This document shows positions 36,801-51,800 of a DNA stretch of 64,000 nucleotides, piece by piece; positions within the stretch are counted from its first letter, which is position 1; the number at the start of each line of letters is the position of its first letter. The notes under the pieces were generated by a model, which worked only from the letters and a program-made list of their open reading frames with translations, was not told where the DNA came from and did not search any database. Origin of the DNA: Leucoraja ocellata (taxonomy: Eukaryota); contig JAWMAR010000061.1 in the NCBI GenBank assembly GCA_036785375.1, positions 8,990,001-9,054,000 of the forward strand, read 5' to 3'. Both the position numbers and the translations under genes were made by a program.

Positions 36801-39800
36801 AACTCCAGTGAGCTGAGACCGCCGATAAAAACATCGCGGAGCTGCGGGTCTGAGGAGCGGCCAGCTACGGGCGGCGGCGCTGACTTTTCATCGGGAGCTT
36901 GGGATCTCTCGACGAGATCGCCAGTAGAGGAGCTCCATCCAGCGCGGCCTTGTTGGCTTCGGAAGCCGCGGCCTCCAGTACGGAAGCGGCCGTTCCAGGG
37001 TTCTCAAGCCGCTGTGAGGATTCTCCCGACGCCGGAGCACCATCGCCCGGCGAGAACGGCCTGGAACATCGGGCCTCCGTGGAGGCAACTGTGGAGGCCT
37101 CAATAGGCCCGACTATGGGTGAACTGGGGATGGGGACTGGACATTGTGCCTTCCCTCATAATGGGAACAATTGTGGGGGAATGTTTTTATGTTTTAATTT
37201 CTTTATTACTGTTATGTCTGTATTCTTTCTTTATGTGCTGCACGGCAAGAAGCATTTCACTACACCTAGGTGTATGTGACCAATAAAATAACCTTTGAAC
37301 ACCGCAGGATCAGTGAGGATTACAGTCCATCTCCGTGCTACAATGGGCTAGAATAAATATCCAATTTTCCACTACTCATTATCCCAGTTTTGATCTGGTG
37401 TGTGAATCTGAAGTAAGGCAGTGGCAAGTTGCTTTGCTCAACACAACCAGTGCCCTACAAGGTTTTTAAATACTCAGGAGATGACTATTTGGGTGATAAA
37501 ACTAGGAGATGAATAGATTCACAGAGTGAGGGCAGTGCCGAGAATCAGCTAGTGATGGGGGGCTGCAGATAAGGAGCAGGAAGGAAGGTCAGACACACAG
37601 AGTGAGACTGGGGGATGCTGTACAATATGGAGCACCACAGTCACTTGGGGCATAGTGAAACATATCAGGATAGAGGGTTGGGGGTGGTGTTGGCATCATA
37701 GAGGGCACTGCCATGGTTTCTTGGAACTTATTACAGTGGATAAATACTAAGAGTTACAGAGAAAAGTTCATGCAATGGCAATAATCTTTTCCTGTCATAG
37801 AATGGGTAAATGATGAAAAATCAACCCCAGCATCTGGTGAATGAGTCAGGATAACCAGTGGACAAGGGGGTTGTTGCTCTTCACACATACAGTGAACACA
37901 CAGAGTAAACGAGAGCCAGGCTGGAGAGCAATTGTAAAGAAGTATACATACACACACATTTGAAAGGATATAGGATGGGCAAACGGCAGGTAACGGCACT
38001 GTGCAGCGAGCTCCATTTCAGACTCATCACTGTTGAGCTGTAGCCAGTGTGCACTGGAGCCACAGTGACACTGGATTATACACAGCAAGATCTTAGCACT
38101 GTGGTAGCAACCAGAACATGTAATGTTGGCTGTCATTAAGTATTGCCCAGGGCACGAGAGAGAACATCCCGGCGATCTTATGGAAATATATAAAATTCTT
38201 AGAGGATTGGACAGGGCAGATGTAGGAAAAATGTTCCCCATGTTGGGGGAGTCCAGAACCAGGGGTCACAGTTTAAGAATAAGGGGTCGGCCATTTAGGA
38301 CTGAGATGAGGAAAATCTTCTTGACCCAGAATTGTGAATCTGTGGAATTCTCTATCGCAGAAGGCAGTGGAGGCCAATTCACTGGCAGTATTCAAGAGAG
38401 AGTTAGATCGAGCTCTTAGGTCTAACGGAATCAAGGTATAAGGAAGAAAGCAGGAACTGGGTACTGATTCTGGATGATCAGCCATGATCATATTGAATGG
38501 CGGTGCTGGCTCGAAGGGCCGAATGGCCTCCTCCTGTACCTATTTGCTATGTTTCTATGTTCTCCCTGTGACCGCGTGGGTTTCCTCTGGGTGCTCTGGT
38601 TTCTCTCTCATGTCTCAGAGATGTGCAGGTTTGTAGGTGAATTGGCCCCAGTGTGTAGGCAGTTGATACAAGAGTGAGATCAATGTGAACAGGCGATCGA
38701 TGGTTACATGCTCTGCTGGATCTTCCAGTTCAATTCAATCAGGTGCCAGGAGGATTGTGACACAGGGAACGTTAGTGCGGGGTGATGGAGGAGTAACCAC
38801 AGGGGGGACATGGACATGTACAGACTGGCCAATGCCCGTCGGTGTCGAGCTCTCACCTGTTGGCGCCGTCCTTGGCGTAATAGACGGTGTAGGCGAGGAT
38901 CTCGCCGTTGGGTTCAGCAGGAGGTCGCCACGTCAGCTTGATGAAGCGGGTGGAGACCAGCAGCGCCACAACATCACGGGGTGCAGAGGGCAGCAGTCCA
39001 GCAGTGGCCGTCACTAGATGGTCAGCAGTGGCACTGGTCAGTGGGGTGGGGGGAACAGTAGGGATGGGAACATCTTGGGGACAGGCAGGGAGGGTGGGGT
39101 GGACGGCACACAACGTGACACACAGAACAAACACAAAATAAAACAAAGGGAAAAATGTAAAGGAAATAAACCAAACCAAAGCACAATGGGAACACAAAAT
39201 GAACGGACACAAGGGGGCAAATGGGCAGCTCGCTGCTGAACTTAAAGGGGGGCAGTACAGCAACAGCACCATGAGGACACTGGAACACTGGCACTGGCAC
39301 ACAAATACACTGGTACACTAGCACACTGACACACTGGCACACTGGTACACTAGCACACTGGCACACTGGCACACTGGTACACTGACACACTGGCACACTG
39401 GTACACTAGCACACTGACACACTGGCACACTGGTACACTAGCACACTGACACACTGGTACACTAGCACACTGGCACACTAGCACACTGACACACTGGCAC
39501 ACAAATACACTGGTACACTAGCACACTGACACACTGGCACACTGGTGCACTGGTACACTGACACACTAGCACACTGACACACTGGTACACTAGCACACTG
39601 GTGCATTGGCACACTGGCACACTGGAACACTGGCACACTGACACACTGGTACACTAGCACACTGGTACACTAGCACACTGACACACTGGCACACTGGTGC
39701 ACTGGTACACTAGCACACTGACACACTGGTACACTAGCACACTGACACACTAGCACACTGGCACACAAATACACTGGTACACTAGCACACTGACACACTG

Positions 39801-42800
39801 GTACACTGGTGCACTGGTACACTAGCACACTGACACACAAATACACTGACACACTGGCACACTGGTGCATTGGCACACTGGTGCACTGGTACACTAGCAC
39901 ACTGACACACTGGTACACTGGTGCACTGGTACACTAGCACACTGACACACAAATACACTGACACACTGGCACACTGGTGCATTGGCACACTGGTGCACTG
40001 GTACACTAGCACACTGACACACTGGTACACTGGTGCACTGGTACACTAGCACACTGACACACAAATACACTGACACACTGGCACACTGGTGCATTGGCAC
40101 ACTGGTGCACTGGTACACTAGCACACTGACACATTAGCACACTGGCACACTAGCACACTGACACACTAGCACACTGACACACTGGTACACTAGCACACTG
40201 GTGCACTGACACACTAACACACTGGAACACTGGTACACTAACACACTGGTACACTAGCACACTGGTGCACTGACACACTAACACACTAGCACACTGACAC
40301 ACTGACACACTGGTACACTAGCACACTGGTGCACTGACACACTAACACACTGGAACACTAACACACTGGAACACTGGTACACTAGAACACTGGTACACTA
40401 ACACACTGGAACACTGGTACACTAACACACTGGAACACTGGTACACTAACACACTGAACACTGGTACACTAACACACTGGAACACTGGTACACTAACACA
40501 CTGGCACACTGGTACACTAACACACTGGCACACTGGTACATTAACACACTGGAACACTGGTACACTAACACACTGGAACACTGGTACACTAACACACTGG
40601 AACACTGGTACACTAACACACTGGCACACTGGTACACTAACACACTGGAACACTGGTACACTAACACACTGGAACACTGGTACACTAACACACTGGTACA
40701 TTAACACACTGGAACACTGGTACACTAACACACTGGAACACTGGTACACTAACACACTGGAACACTGGTACACTAACACACTGGAACACTGGTACACTAA
40801 CACACTGGCACACTGGTACATTGACACACTGGTACACTGACACAAGAATACACTGGCATACTGACACAGTAACACACTCACACTGGCACACTTACACACT
40901 ACACAGTGACACGCTCACACTACACAGTAAGACACACACAGTACATAGCAACACACCGACACAGTGACACACTCACACAGGGCCATACCCACAGTGACAC
41001 ACTCACACAGGGCCACACCCACACAGGGCCACACCCACAGTGACACACTCACACAGGGCCACACCCACAGTGACACACTCACACAGGGCCACACCCACAG
41101 TGACACACTCACAGTGACACACTCACACAGGGCCACACTCACACAGGGCCACACCCACAGTGACACACTCACACAGGGCCACACCCACAGTGACACACTC
41201 ACACAACCACACAACGACACAGTACACAAACAGTACAACACCATGTCAGCATAACTGAATCTTCTCACACACTCTGCCCAAAGACTCCCATTAAAGTGGA
41301 ATCCATTCTCAGATTCAATGGAAATCTCGGATGAATTTGTTATCTGGACAGGACTGTGTTCTCATTAGTTTTTGTTTGTTTTCTATTTTAAACGGGTTTT
41401 TGACAAGGAATGATCAGAACCAGATGGACAGAGCGAGGAACCACACACCATTACAGATAAACCTGGAGTTACTGGTCTTCCATTCCACATGGCAACACAT
41501 TGCAGAAACTGCCCCTGACCCACGGCTCAGTGCCCCCGACCTCTGCATAAAAGCAGACGAGTTTCTGTCTCTGTACAAGTAACTTTAAGCAGCCGTGGAG
41601 AGGGAGAGATCTGCGTGCAGCATCTGGGTGTAGTTTGGGGGAGGGTGAGGAGGCCAGGATACACTCCTTGGGTGGAGCTGATGCCAGATGGATCAAAGCC
41701 TAGGGGTACGACTCCAGGACGCTGTCCTAATCACACTAAATATTTTGCAATCGCAACGCTGCCAGCAGAATGAACCCTGGGCTGATGTCAAGAAATCTAA
41801 CGATACTGGGCAGAGAACTATATCTGCACTCTGTATCTTCCCCTTTGCTCTATCCAATGTGCTTGTACTTATGTCTGATCAGTTTGGATAGCGTGCAGAA
41901 CAACTGTACTTGGTACACGTGACAATAATGAGCTTGAACCTAAACGTTGCACTGCATTCAACATCTCTCTCTCTCTCTCTCTCGCTCGCTCTCTGCATTC
42001 GCTATTCTTTTAAACATCTCCTGAACACTGGAACCACCTCAGCAACCCTGGCCTCCCCTATCAGAGATATCCACCGGCCTACTCCAAGATGGTCTCTTCA
42101 CCATATCCATCCCCCTCCCATTATCTCTGCACCTCAGAACAGACTTGTTTTCTCACTTCTTCTATTATGATGAAGGGTCTTCACTGTAAAACACTGTAAG
42201 ACTATTTTCCTTTCCATGGATAATGCCTGACCTGCTGTTAGATTAACCAGACTTTCAGTATCTGTTTTTTTTCTGATGTTCATTGGACTGATCATATTCA
42301 TTGAAGCATTGGTGCTGATGTAGAGGAAGACCTGGTTGCAGTATAGCAAGTACCTGCATTACTCTGGCTCAGTGCAGGCAATGTCCAGGCGCCACCACCT
42401 AGCTCTGCAACACTGCTCTCTAGCATCGCTGGAACAGCCAGCCGTAAAATGCCAGAATAATCTCAAGCTCCAGATCGATATTCACTTTCCAATCAATATT
42501 TCAAATCCCCCGTGTCAAAATACCTCTACTGGCTTCTCTCTCTTTCTCTGTAAACAAACTAATATCACAAGCTTTCACATTTTGCCGTAATATTTCAAAT
42601 CCATACCAAGCTAAAAAACGTTTCTCCATAACAGATGCTGCGTAGTGGTGGTGAGGAGAACTCCTGCAATGACATCCCTGTGGCAACTACCATCACTGCC
42701 CATTCATGATGATGGTTGTGATTAAGGCATCTCTGGTTAATCTTTGAACAAAGCAGTGGAGGCCAATTCTCTGGATGCTTTCAAGAGAGAGTTAGATAGG

Positions 42801-45800
42801 GCTCTTAAAGATATCGGAGTCAGGGGATATGCGGAGAAAGCAGGAACGGGCTACTGATTGGGGATGATTAGCCATGATCACAGTGAATGGCGGTGCTGGC
42901 TGGAAGGGCCGAATGGCCTACTCCTGCACCTATTGTCTATTGCTTCCTGCTTCACCTACTCCCTCTGTCTGAGCTTCAATAATGATCTCCCCTTGGACAA
43001 GGAGCACTAGAATCACCACTGATAAAGACAGCCAGAGGATTGCAGCTCCAGGAATGGATATTGGAACAGCTAATCAATACATAGCAATATATAAATGGAA
43101 GTGAACAGCAAATCAATACAGGGACGACGTATGAATGGGGTGAGATTTATCTCCACTCAGTGTTCTGGTTACACTTTACACTCCCTCTTTGACAACAATG
43201 CTTTTCTGACATTCCTTTCTATTTTTAGTAATAAAACAAAGCTCAAACACACAGTATATACTGCACTCATATTCATGTTCCAAAATACAGTAAATGACTG
43301 TACACCGACTGACAGCTCAATGGTACAAGCAACGTGACTCGCGTTTACATGAGGTACACAGACTTGTCAAATTAATATCATGGTATACTGTTAATCCCTG
43401 ACATAGCTGGTAAATATTATCATAGGCAGCATTTCCAATGGCTCGTCTGGCATATTCAGTCAGATGCTGAATGATACAAGCCAAGGAGATTTTACATTAA
43501 GGACCTAGGCTGCGCTGTTCTCTGACCTCAGGGGAGTTAGGGCTTAAGCCCCTTGGTACCACAGGGTCCCTGTTATTTGCCCCCCACAGCTTTGGTGCAC
43601 TGCCCCAGATTCACCTGTTCCACTGTCTGGAGGTGAGCTGTTGGTGTGTGAGCAGGGCACCAGCTCCCTGTTGTCCCACTGTGATCTGGGGCACTGAGAG
43701 ATGTGTGGAGCTGCACCATGACACGTCAGCGAGAATGAGGAGAAGGATCTGCGTGCAATCAACACCACCCTTGGGCACAATATAATACGGCACCATTGAC
43801 ACCATACCGGCCATTCATTCCCTGTTCGCCACTGGGCAGAAGGTACCAAAGCGTGAAGTCACGTATCATGCAGATTCAGGAACAGTTTCTATCCTGCTGG
43901 TACCAGACTACATACGTAAGCTAGGGTGTATTTCCGATCTTCCAATCTACCTCAACACAGACTTTGCACTTTAAAAACAATCTTCTTTCTGTGGTATTTC
44001 TCTCCTAACGCTAATTGTACTTGTGTGTGGTTTGATTATACTCATAATTGATTTCAACCTCATGTATGATTTGAACATGGAACATAGAACAGTGGCCCTT
44101 TGTCCCACAATCCCCATGTTGAACATGTTAGGTTAACAATGTTGACAATGCCAGGTTAAACTAATGTCCCCTGCCAGCCTGTGATCCATATCCTTCGATT
44201 CCCAGCAAATACATGAGCCTATCTAAAAGCCTCTTAAACACCGTTAGTGTATCTAGCTCCACCACCCACCTGGTTCCTCACATCTCCTTTAAATATCCCC
44301 CCTCACCTTCGAGCAATGTCCTCTAGTCATTGACATCTGCACTCTGGGACAAAGGTTCTGTCAACCCTATCTATATCAGAGTTGTACACACTGAGATGTT
44401 TTTCACTTAATAATCCAATGCAGAGTCATTACTGCTGGTCTGGGACCATCCTTACTACGGGGGCTGCCGAGAGGGACAGCAGGATCCCGTCATTCCCTGC
44501 AAGGCTTGTTCTGCCTGCCCTGGGTGAAGAGGCCATCACCCACTCTGCCACCATTTGGGTAGGAATCCATTCAGACAGAAGCAGTGGTCAGAATAGCAGC
44601 AGCCCAAGCCTAGGAGAGGGTGGGAGTTCCACACATAAATAAGGAGTGTGTTTCCACAGCTAACAATTGGGATTCAATCCACGCAGCAGTGACTACAATG
44701 GGTTGCCCTGCCATGGGGGACAGAGAGACAGACTGTTCACCAAGTATCTGTTGACATTTCTGTTTGCATTAAAGGGGAACAAGAAAATAACTGCACAAAC
44801 TATATGGGGCCCAGAAACATCCAGAACATGAAAGAATCTGGGGTAAACAGAAAAATAACATTTATAGAAATGGAACTTTAAAGAAAAGGTGGTGTTTGCT
44901 TGGCAGTGTTGTGTTATCATGAGGTACTACATCTTCAGTCGCCTCTCCGCATGCAGGATACTAGAAACACGTACAAGCTGTTTGTAGCCCAGAGCAAGCA
45001 GAGCTGTTGCTGAAAGCACAACCCTGCCATCTGCCTCACTGCTTTGGCCACCTGTTTCCTTCTTGCTCCCATTGCCAAGTGGTGAGATGGATCAGTGTCC
45101 TGCAGCGTTGCCTGTCTCTGGCAGCACCTGGCAGGCAGGGCTGTGTGGCTTACCATGCTCACCTGGCAGGCAGGGCTGTGTGGGCTTACCATGCTCACCT
45201 GGCAGGCAGGGCTGTGTGGGCTTACCATGCTCACCTGGCAGGCAGGGCTGTGTGGGCTTACCATGCTCCAGGATGATGAGCTGGGCACTGGCCTGCCGGT
45301 TCCCCACACCGTTCTCTGCCACACACTGGTACAGACCTTCGTCGGACTTCACAAGACCAAGAACCTGCAGGTTTCGCTCATTCTGAAACAAACGACACAA
45401 ATATCATTGCTGAAATGTCACGTGCAACACAACAACAGCTTCATTACCAAGCAGAAAGATCCAGACCTTGGACAGCTGGATGATTGTTCATGACAGGAAC
45501 ATGGATGGGAAAGGTTCAGTGGGATATGGGCCACATGCAGCCTGGAGAAGTTTGGGATGAAGGGCCTGTTTCCGTGCTGTGTGACTCTTTGATTCTAATT
45601 AATAAAGGTTTCTTTCTAGGCTGGGCATAAGACACATCACCAGGACTGGATAACACAATGGTTGAATTGTAAAATAGAAATCTCTTGATTTGGATGAATG
45701 ATCCAGAGACACGGGTTCAACTTCCACAACTGCAGCTGGAAAGGTTCAATTGGTTAAACAGATCTGGAATACAAAGATGACTTCCGTGAAGGTGACCTTG

Positions 45801-48800
45801 CAACTGCCAGAGTGTCTGCCCTTCTGGCCTAATCTCATTCTAGACCTACACAATGTGGTTCCCAGTCCCACCAAAACCTCACCATACACAACATGGGCTG
45901 CAGTTCTAAACCCGTCACACTGCCATTAAGGATGGGCATTTTGGATTGTTGGATTTGCTGGTGATGCTTTTTTCCAATGGATTAAAACAAATCCCTTGGG
46001 CAAAGTATTGGAAAACTTAGCAGCCAGCATTTTGTGCAAAATACATGACTTGTGCCATTGTGCGTGGTCCACCAAATAATTATCTGTGGAATATGTAAAG
46101 AAATGATTATATTTGCCACCCACATCCACAACAGAGACATGTCAATCATCAAATCCACCCAAAATTAATTTGATTAGAATCGGTGGATATGTCAGAACTC
46201 ATCCCAACAGAGTTTGTTATAAGTTTGCTGACACCAATCATCATTTGGCTCCAACTCCCACGTACACTGTTCACAGGAAGCATCAGGTATTAAGCACAAA
46301 GGGTTCACTTCAGATGTACTCAGTGGAATATACACTTGCTTATTGTTACAGGAATCATGCTATCACAAGCAACGCTAACATCATATAACAAACATCAGGA
46401 GGCTCGGCAGGAAATGAAAGGCATGGGAGTTACGCTCATCATGCACACAAGTGGAGTTGAGGGGTTAGAACTCTGACACCCTTTCAGTAAACAGTGCAAA
46501 GTAAATGGAAACAAGGGCAGAAATTGTTTGAGGTTGCGTGTTGGGAATTCTACGCAGGGTGAGTTATGTTGATCCACAAAAGATGCTGGTGGAAGGAGGA
46601 ACGATCCAGAAATCTACTCACAACAATCTTGAAGTAGTCGCTCGGGATCACCATGTCGCCGTTCTTGATCCACTTGACGGTGGGCACTGGTGTGCCCGTC
46701 ACTTCACACTCAAACACAATGTCCATGGACTCGTGAGCGTAAATGTTCATAGGTTGTTTCAGAAAGCGAGGGGGGACTATTAAAGGAAGCAGAAGAGAAT
46801 GGTAACACATGTACCACAGAAATCCTCTGATACATTATCAACTTCAAGTATTTCCCTGAGAAGGGGAGGCAGTACAGAGGCGAGACTTTCTAGAAACTTG
46901 TACTACTAAAATCTTTTGGTCTGCGTTCACTTGAACTCAGCCGTACAATTCTGAAGTTTATTTAGCTGCAACTTAAAACTAGTTTGATTTCTAACATCCC
47001 AATTCTGATGTGAGATTATCAACCTGAAACATGTACTTTGTTTCTCTCTCCACTGATGCTGCCTGGTTAGCTGGGTGCTTGCAGCATTTTCCATCTTATT
47101 ACAATGTTAACTGCTGACCTTTCAAACATGGTCTGCAATGACATTGCCTCTGCATAAAATAGTCACAATGTAAGGGACAACTCAGGGACACATATTAAGG
47201 ATTAATTCAAGGATTTAAATCCAAACAAACACTTTTTATTTTACAAACACCAAGATGTTTCTGGGAAACACAACATTTGAGCCTCTGGGAGCATGCTCCA
47301 CTAGAAATCCAATCAGGGAATTCCAGTAGACAGGAGATTGATAACAAGCAGCAGAAAGCAGCTAGCAATGGTGTATAGTGAGTGGTGCTCAGAGCTCACT
47401 AACAATTACAGTGCCCTCCTGCTGGACCAGAGCAAAACATACAATTATTTAAAGAGCAATTAGATGCTGAACTGTGGAAGGTAGCATTTTGGGCTAGGAA
47501 CAGATGGACTGAATGGCCTCATTAGCCAGAGCTGCTCAGAGTGAATGCTACCATCTCATTCCAATGCACAAAGAATTTGCTGTCAACACCTGTAGGATGA
47601 AAGGTTATGCCATTAGCATTTGTTGTCCTTATACCTGAAGGGCAATACATGTTGGAGCTGATACTGATTTACTTCTGTACCAGGCTTCCAGTCGACCCAC
47701 TTGCATTTTAATGACTGGCAATGCTTGTTGCCATAGCTACTAATTACTCATCATGCATGTAAGATCATTAGTGTCGGAGACAGCTGCAATGGGCAACTTT
47801 GCAAACCTTGTCAAACGCACTTGTGCAGAGGAAGCTCCTGAGGAGATGGCCCACAGCCCACTGCAACCTACAATGTGATAGTTGGCTGCCTGGCACGAGG
47901 GTCATTCCTGACTGTACACTTGCTCATCCTTCACACAACTCAGTGAGATTCTCAGAAGGTGCCCTCAACCCTGTGCCACGGACAATCCCTCTGGCTCTCT
48001 CTCTCTCTCCCCCCCACACATTTACAAACCAGCACATTGAACTTCATATTGCTGGCCTGTCCACTGACTCAAAAACATGACCCTCTCCACCAATTATTTA
48101 GTGGTGGTTCAGATAATCCTCAACAATCGGCGTGTGGGGACTGCAGATGCTGAAACCTTGTGCAAACACAAAATCTAGAGGAACTCAGTGAGTCCGGTAG
48201 CATCAGCAGAGGGAAATGCCGCTAAAGTAATCCCAGGCTGCACCCGCCCCGGTCATTCCCCCTTTCCCTGTTCCCATCCGACAGAAGGTACAGAACTCAG
48301 ACTCAGGAACAGCTTCTCTATTATCAGGCTTTCAAACCATCCTTCCATAAGCTAAGGTACTGTTCGATTTACCTCTGCCCCATTGAGGACATTGGAGTTT
48401 CTCTAAGGAATCGATGCGCTACAGTGCTGAGAACTATATTCTGCACTCTGTACCTTCCCCCTTTGCTCTATCTATTGTACTTGAGTTTGAACTGATCATA
48501 TCTTTGTATGGGATCTGATCTGTTTAGATAACATGCAAAACGAAGCTTTTCACTGTACCTCACTAAATGTGACATAAACCTAATTGTGTTTTGCTCAACA
48601 ACCAGAGTGTGCAGTGATGAAGTGCTACCGGGGGATTACACCTTATTGATGCTGAGCACTTCACAGGCTGAAGGGCCAAATGATCAAATTACAGCACTCG
48701 GGCCAAGTGAGCTGTGGACGTAAAGCAATTATCTCCAATCATCTCCCCAGCAGACACTGATCTAAATACACAAGGTACAAATGGAAGGATGTAGCTTTAC

Positions 48801-51800
48801 AAACAACATTTAGGGGAGTGTGAGGGTTTGAATGAACAAATGGTTGGAATATGGGTAAAGGTGCCCTCGTAAATACAGTCTGAACAGTGTACTCATCCCT
48901 CTACACAGGACAGAACTCTGAGCTCTGTTTGCTGCTGTTAGTTCCCTGCCTGCACTCACAGCGGTGATTGTTGAATAAATATCTATGTTTCAAAAACACT
49001 ATTTCAATTTAAGAGCACAATAAAGTTTTTATTTAACCTTAAATCTGAAGTCATGTCTATTTGATATTTCACAGCAGCCCCGTGTGTGTGTACGGGTGCC
49101 CCAAGCCTAACAGCCACACACATCTCTCCAGCTTCCTCCGCCCACTGCCAGCCCTCTGTGGGGAAAGGATTATCCAGAACCTGATGCTCTTGGATGTGTG
49201 ACAAGCTGTACGTGTGATCATCTTAATTCATAACCACAAACCAGTCCGACGGCTAGCAGCAGTGATATAATCACTGTCAGTGTCACACCTAACTCAAGCC
49301 AAGGTTGGGACGATGGCTGAATCTCCCTCCATACTTGAGGCCACGAGGTTCACAATGTGGCACTGATTGAGATTAACTAACTTGGCACAGACTGGCTTTG
49401 GCAACTGGGACTTTGGAAGGGAGTAAGAATATCACCCCATGTTATTGGGACTAGTGTGCCTAGCCTGCACTGTATGTTCCCAGGAATGGAGAAAGGACCG
49501 GCACATCAGCTCCTGAAGTCACTTCCATCGTATAATTTTGTTCATAATGCACCCACACCTACAAGAGCATTTCAGACACCACGTCAGTAATCAAGATAAA
49601 AACCAGTAGTTATGTGGGGAGGATGAGATGGAGGTAGAATGAAACAAATGCACGGTGGTGTAGCAGTAGAGCAACTGCCTCATAGTGCCAGAGACCCGAG
49701 TTCCATACTGACCACGGGTGCTGTCTGGAAGGATTTTTTACATTCTCCCCGTGACCTGCATGGGTTTTCCCCGAGATCTTTTGGTTTCCTCCCACATTCT
49801 AAAGACGTACAGGCTTGTAGGTTAATTGGCTTGGTATAAATATTTAAAAGATTGTCCTCAGTGTGTGTAAGGTAGTGTTAATGTGCGGGGTTGGTGCAGA
49901 CTCGGAGGGTCGAAGGGCCTGGTTCCGTGCTGTATCTCCAAACTAAATTAAATTAAACTAAAAGAACATTTGTAGTGATCTTACCTTGGACGCTGAGCTC
50001 AGCCTGGGCTCGGATGGTCTGGTTCCCAGACTCTGCCACACACTCATACACCCCAGCATCATCCTCCACCATGTCACTGATCTGCAGACTGCCACTGCCA
50101 ACCAACGCCACCCGCTGGGACCTGTTGGTTCACACAAGCAGAATAGAACAGGGCCTCAAAAAATACACTGAAAACCCATGCACTTTCCTCCCTCTCCCCT
50201 CCATCACCAAAGGCCCCCAGTGCCAGGGCTCTCTCCCCACAGCCTTGCAGGGGCAACCCCACCACACAGACTGCAGCAGCTCATGGAGCATTAACAAGGG
50301 ATGGACAATAAATGTTGGCATGCTAGTCAGTCTGTGATGGACAGGGCTGTGTTCACCACTCTCTGCAGGTTCAGGTGGTCAGGAGCTGAGCAGTTGCTGT
50401 ACCAGGCTGAGATACATCCAGCAGAATACTTTCTATAGTGCATCTGTATCAATGTAAGAGCATTGTCGCGGGCATGCTGAATCTCCTCAGGTGCCTAAGA
50501 ACGTAAACATGCGAATGTGCTTCCTTGATCACCACATCGGTTAGTGGTGGTCACATCTCAGAAACAGATGTTGAAAACATGCTGTCCTTGTGACTGGATG
50601 TGCCCAAACAGAACAGCTCCTTCAGTACCAGGCCAGGCTTGTAGCTACTCCATCTCTTGCAATCCTGGCCGATCGTCCATTGCCCAAGAAGGTGAGCTTT
50701 TGCAGCTTGTAATGGAGCTCTCTCTGGACAGGAGTCACCGTGTGACCAGGTGTCTATGGAGCAGGTTATCACACAAAGAGTTATTTTTACCGAGCAGCTC
50801 CTGATGCCGCTTATGGGGGAGCTCAGACAGATTTAACCTACTTCACACGAACTGTACTAACTGTCCCTGGCTCACAAGATGCGAGAGTGCAGAGTAATTT
50901 GTTCAGGAGTTTGTACCCAGGCTCAAGCCATTACACAGAGCAGTCTCTCCGTGGCTCATTACACACACTTTGTTCCTACAGATTCAGATACAAATCTGTA
51001 GCAAGGAACAATTAATCCACAATTGCCATCTCGCCACCCCTGATGCCAGCAGCTCCACCCAATCTCTCAGCAACAGCAGAATTTATTGCGAAGCGGACTA
51101 TAATTAAATGATATCCACTTTTATTGGAACGCAGCCATCATTTATTGTTACTTTATCTGATAGACTGCTTTTGTTTGACAGTTTCCACCCACGTCAACAA
51201 TGAGGTGGAAGTCCCTGTGCGTCCACACCCAGTGCTCTGTCCACGACACCCTTGGCCAGGGCCGGCCCACACTACCTCAGCCAGTAGAACACACTACACA
51301 CACACACAAATACAGCTTCTTGTTCACGCTCACCCCTACTCCACACACTCTCCAATTCTTGCCCTCTAGCCCCCAACACCAGCTGATTCCTACCCAGGAG
51401 CGATAGTCACTGATGCTCCCCAGTAACCTGTGTAGCTGCTCAACAACTGGAACATCGCTGCTGAATGCAATCCCATCCTCATCTGGTATTCAAGCCCACA
51501 GCTTAGGCTCAGAGACCAGGAGCAGTAGTTTAGTTTAGTTTAGTCTTCGAGATACAGCACGGAAACAGGCCCTTCGGCCCACCGAGTCCACGCCGACCAA
51601 CGGTCACTTGTACACTAGCTCTATCCTACAATTTGGGACAATTTACAGAAGTCGATTAACCTACAAACCTGCATGTCTTTGGAATGTGGGAGGAAACACA
51701 TACGGTCACAGGGCGAACGTGCAAACTCCATACAGACAGCACCCATACTCAGCATCAAACCCAGGTCTCTGGCGCTGTGAGGCAGCAGCAACTCTCCTGC

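Noticed and set aside
36540-37279. 188-aa and 126-aa GC-rich ORFs as a nested gene
   Set aside because: No recognisable domain, overlapping open frames are expected at high GC, and the 3' end is a retroposon tail.
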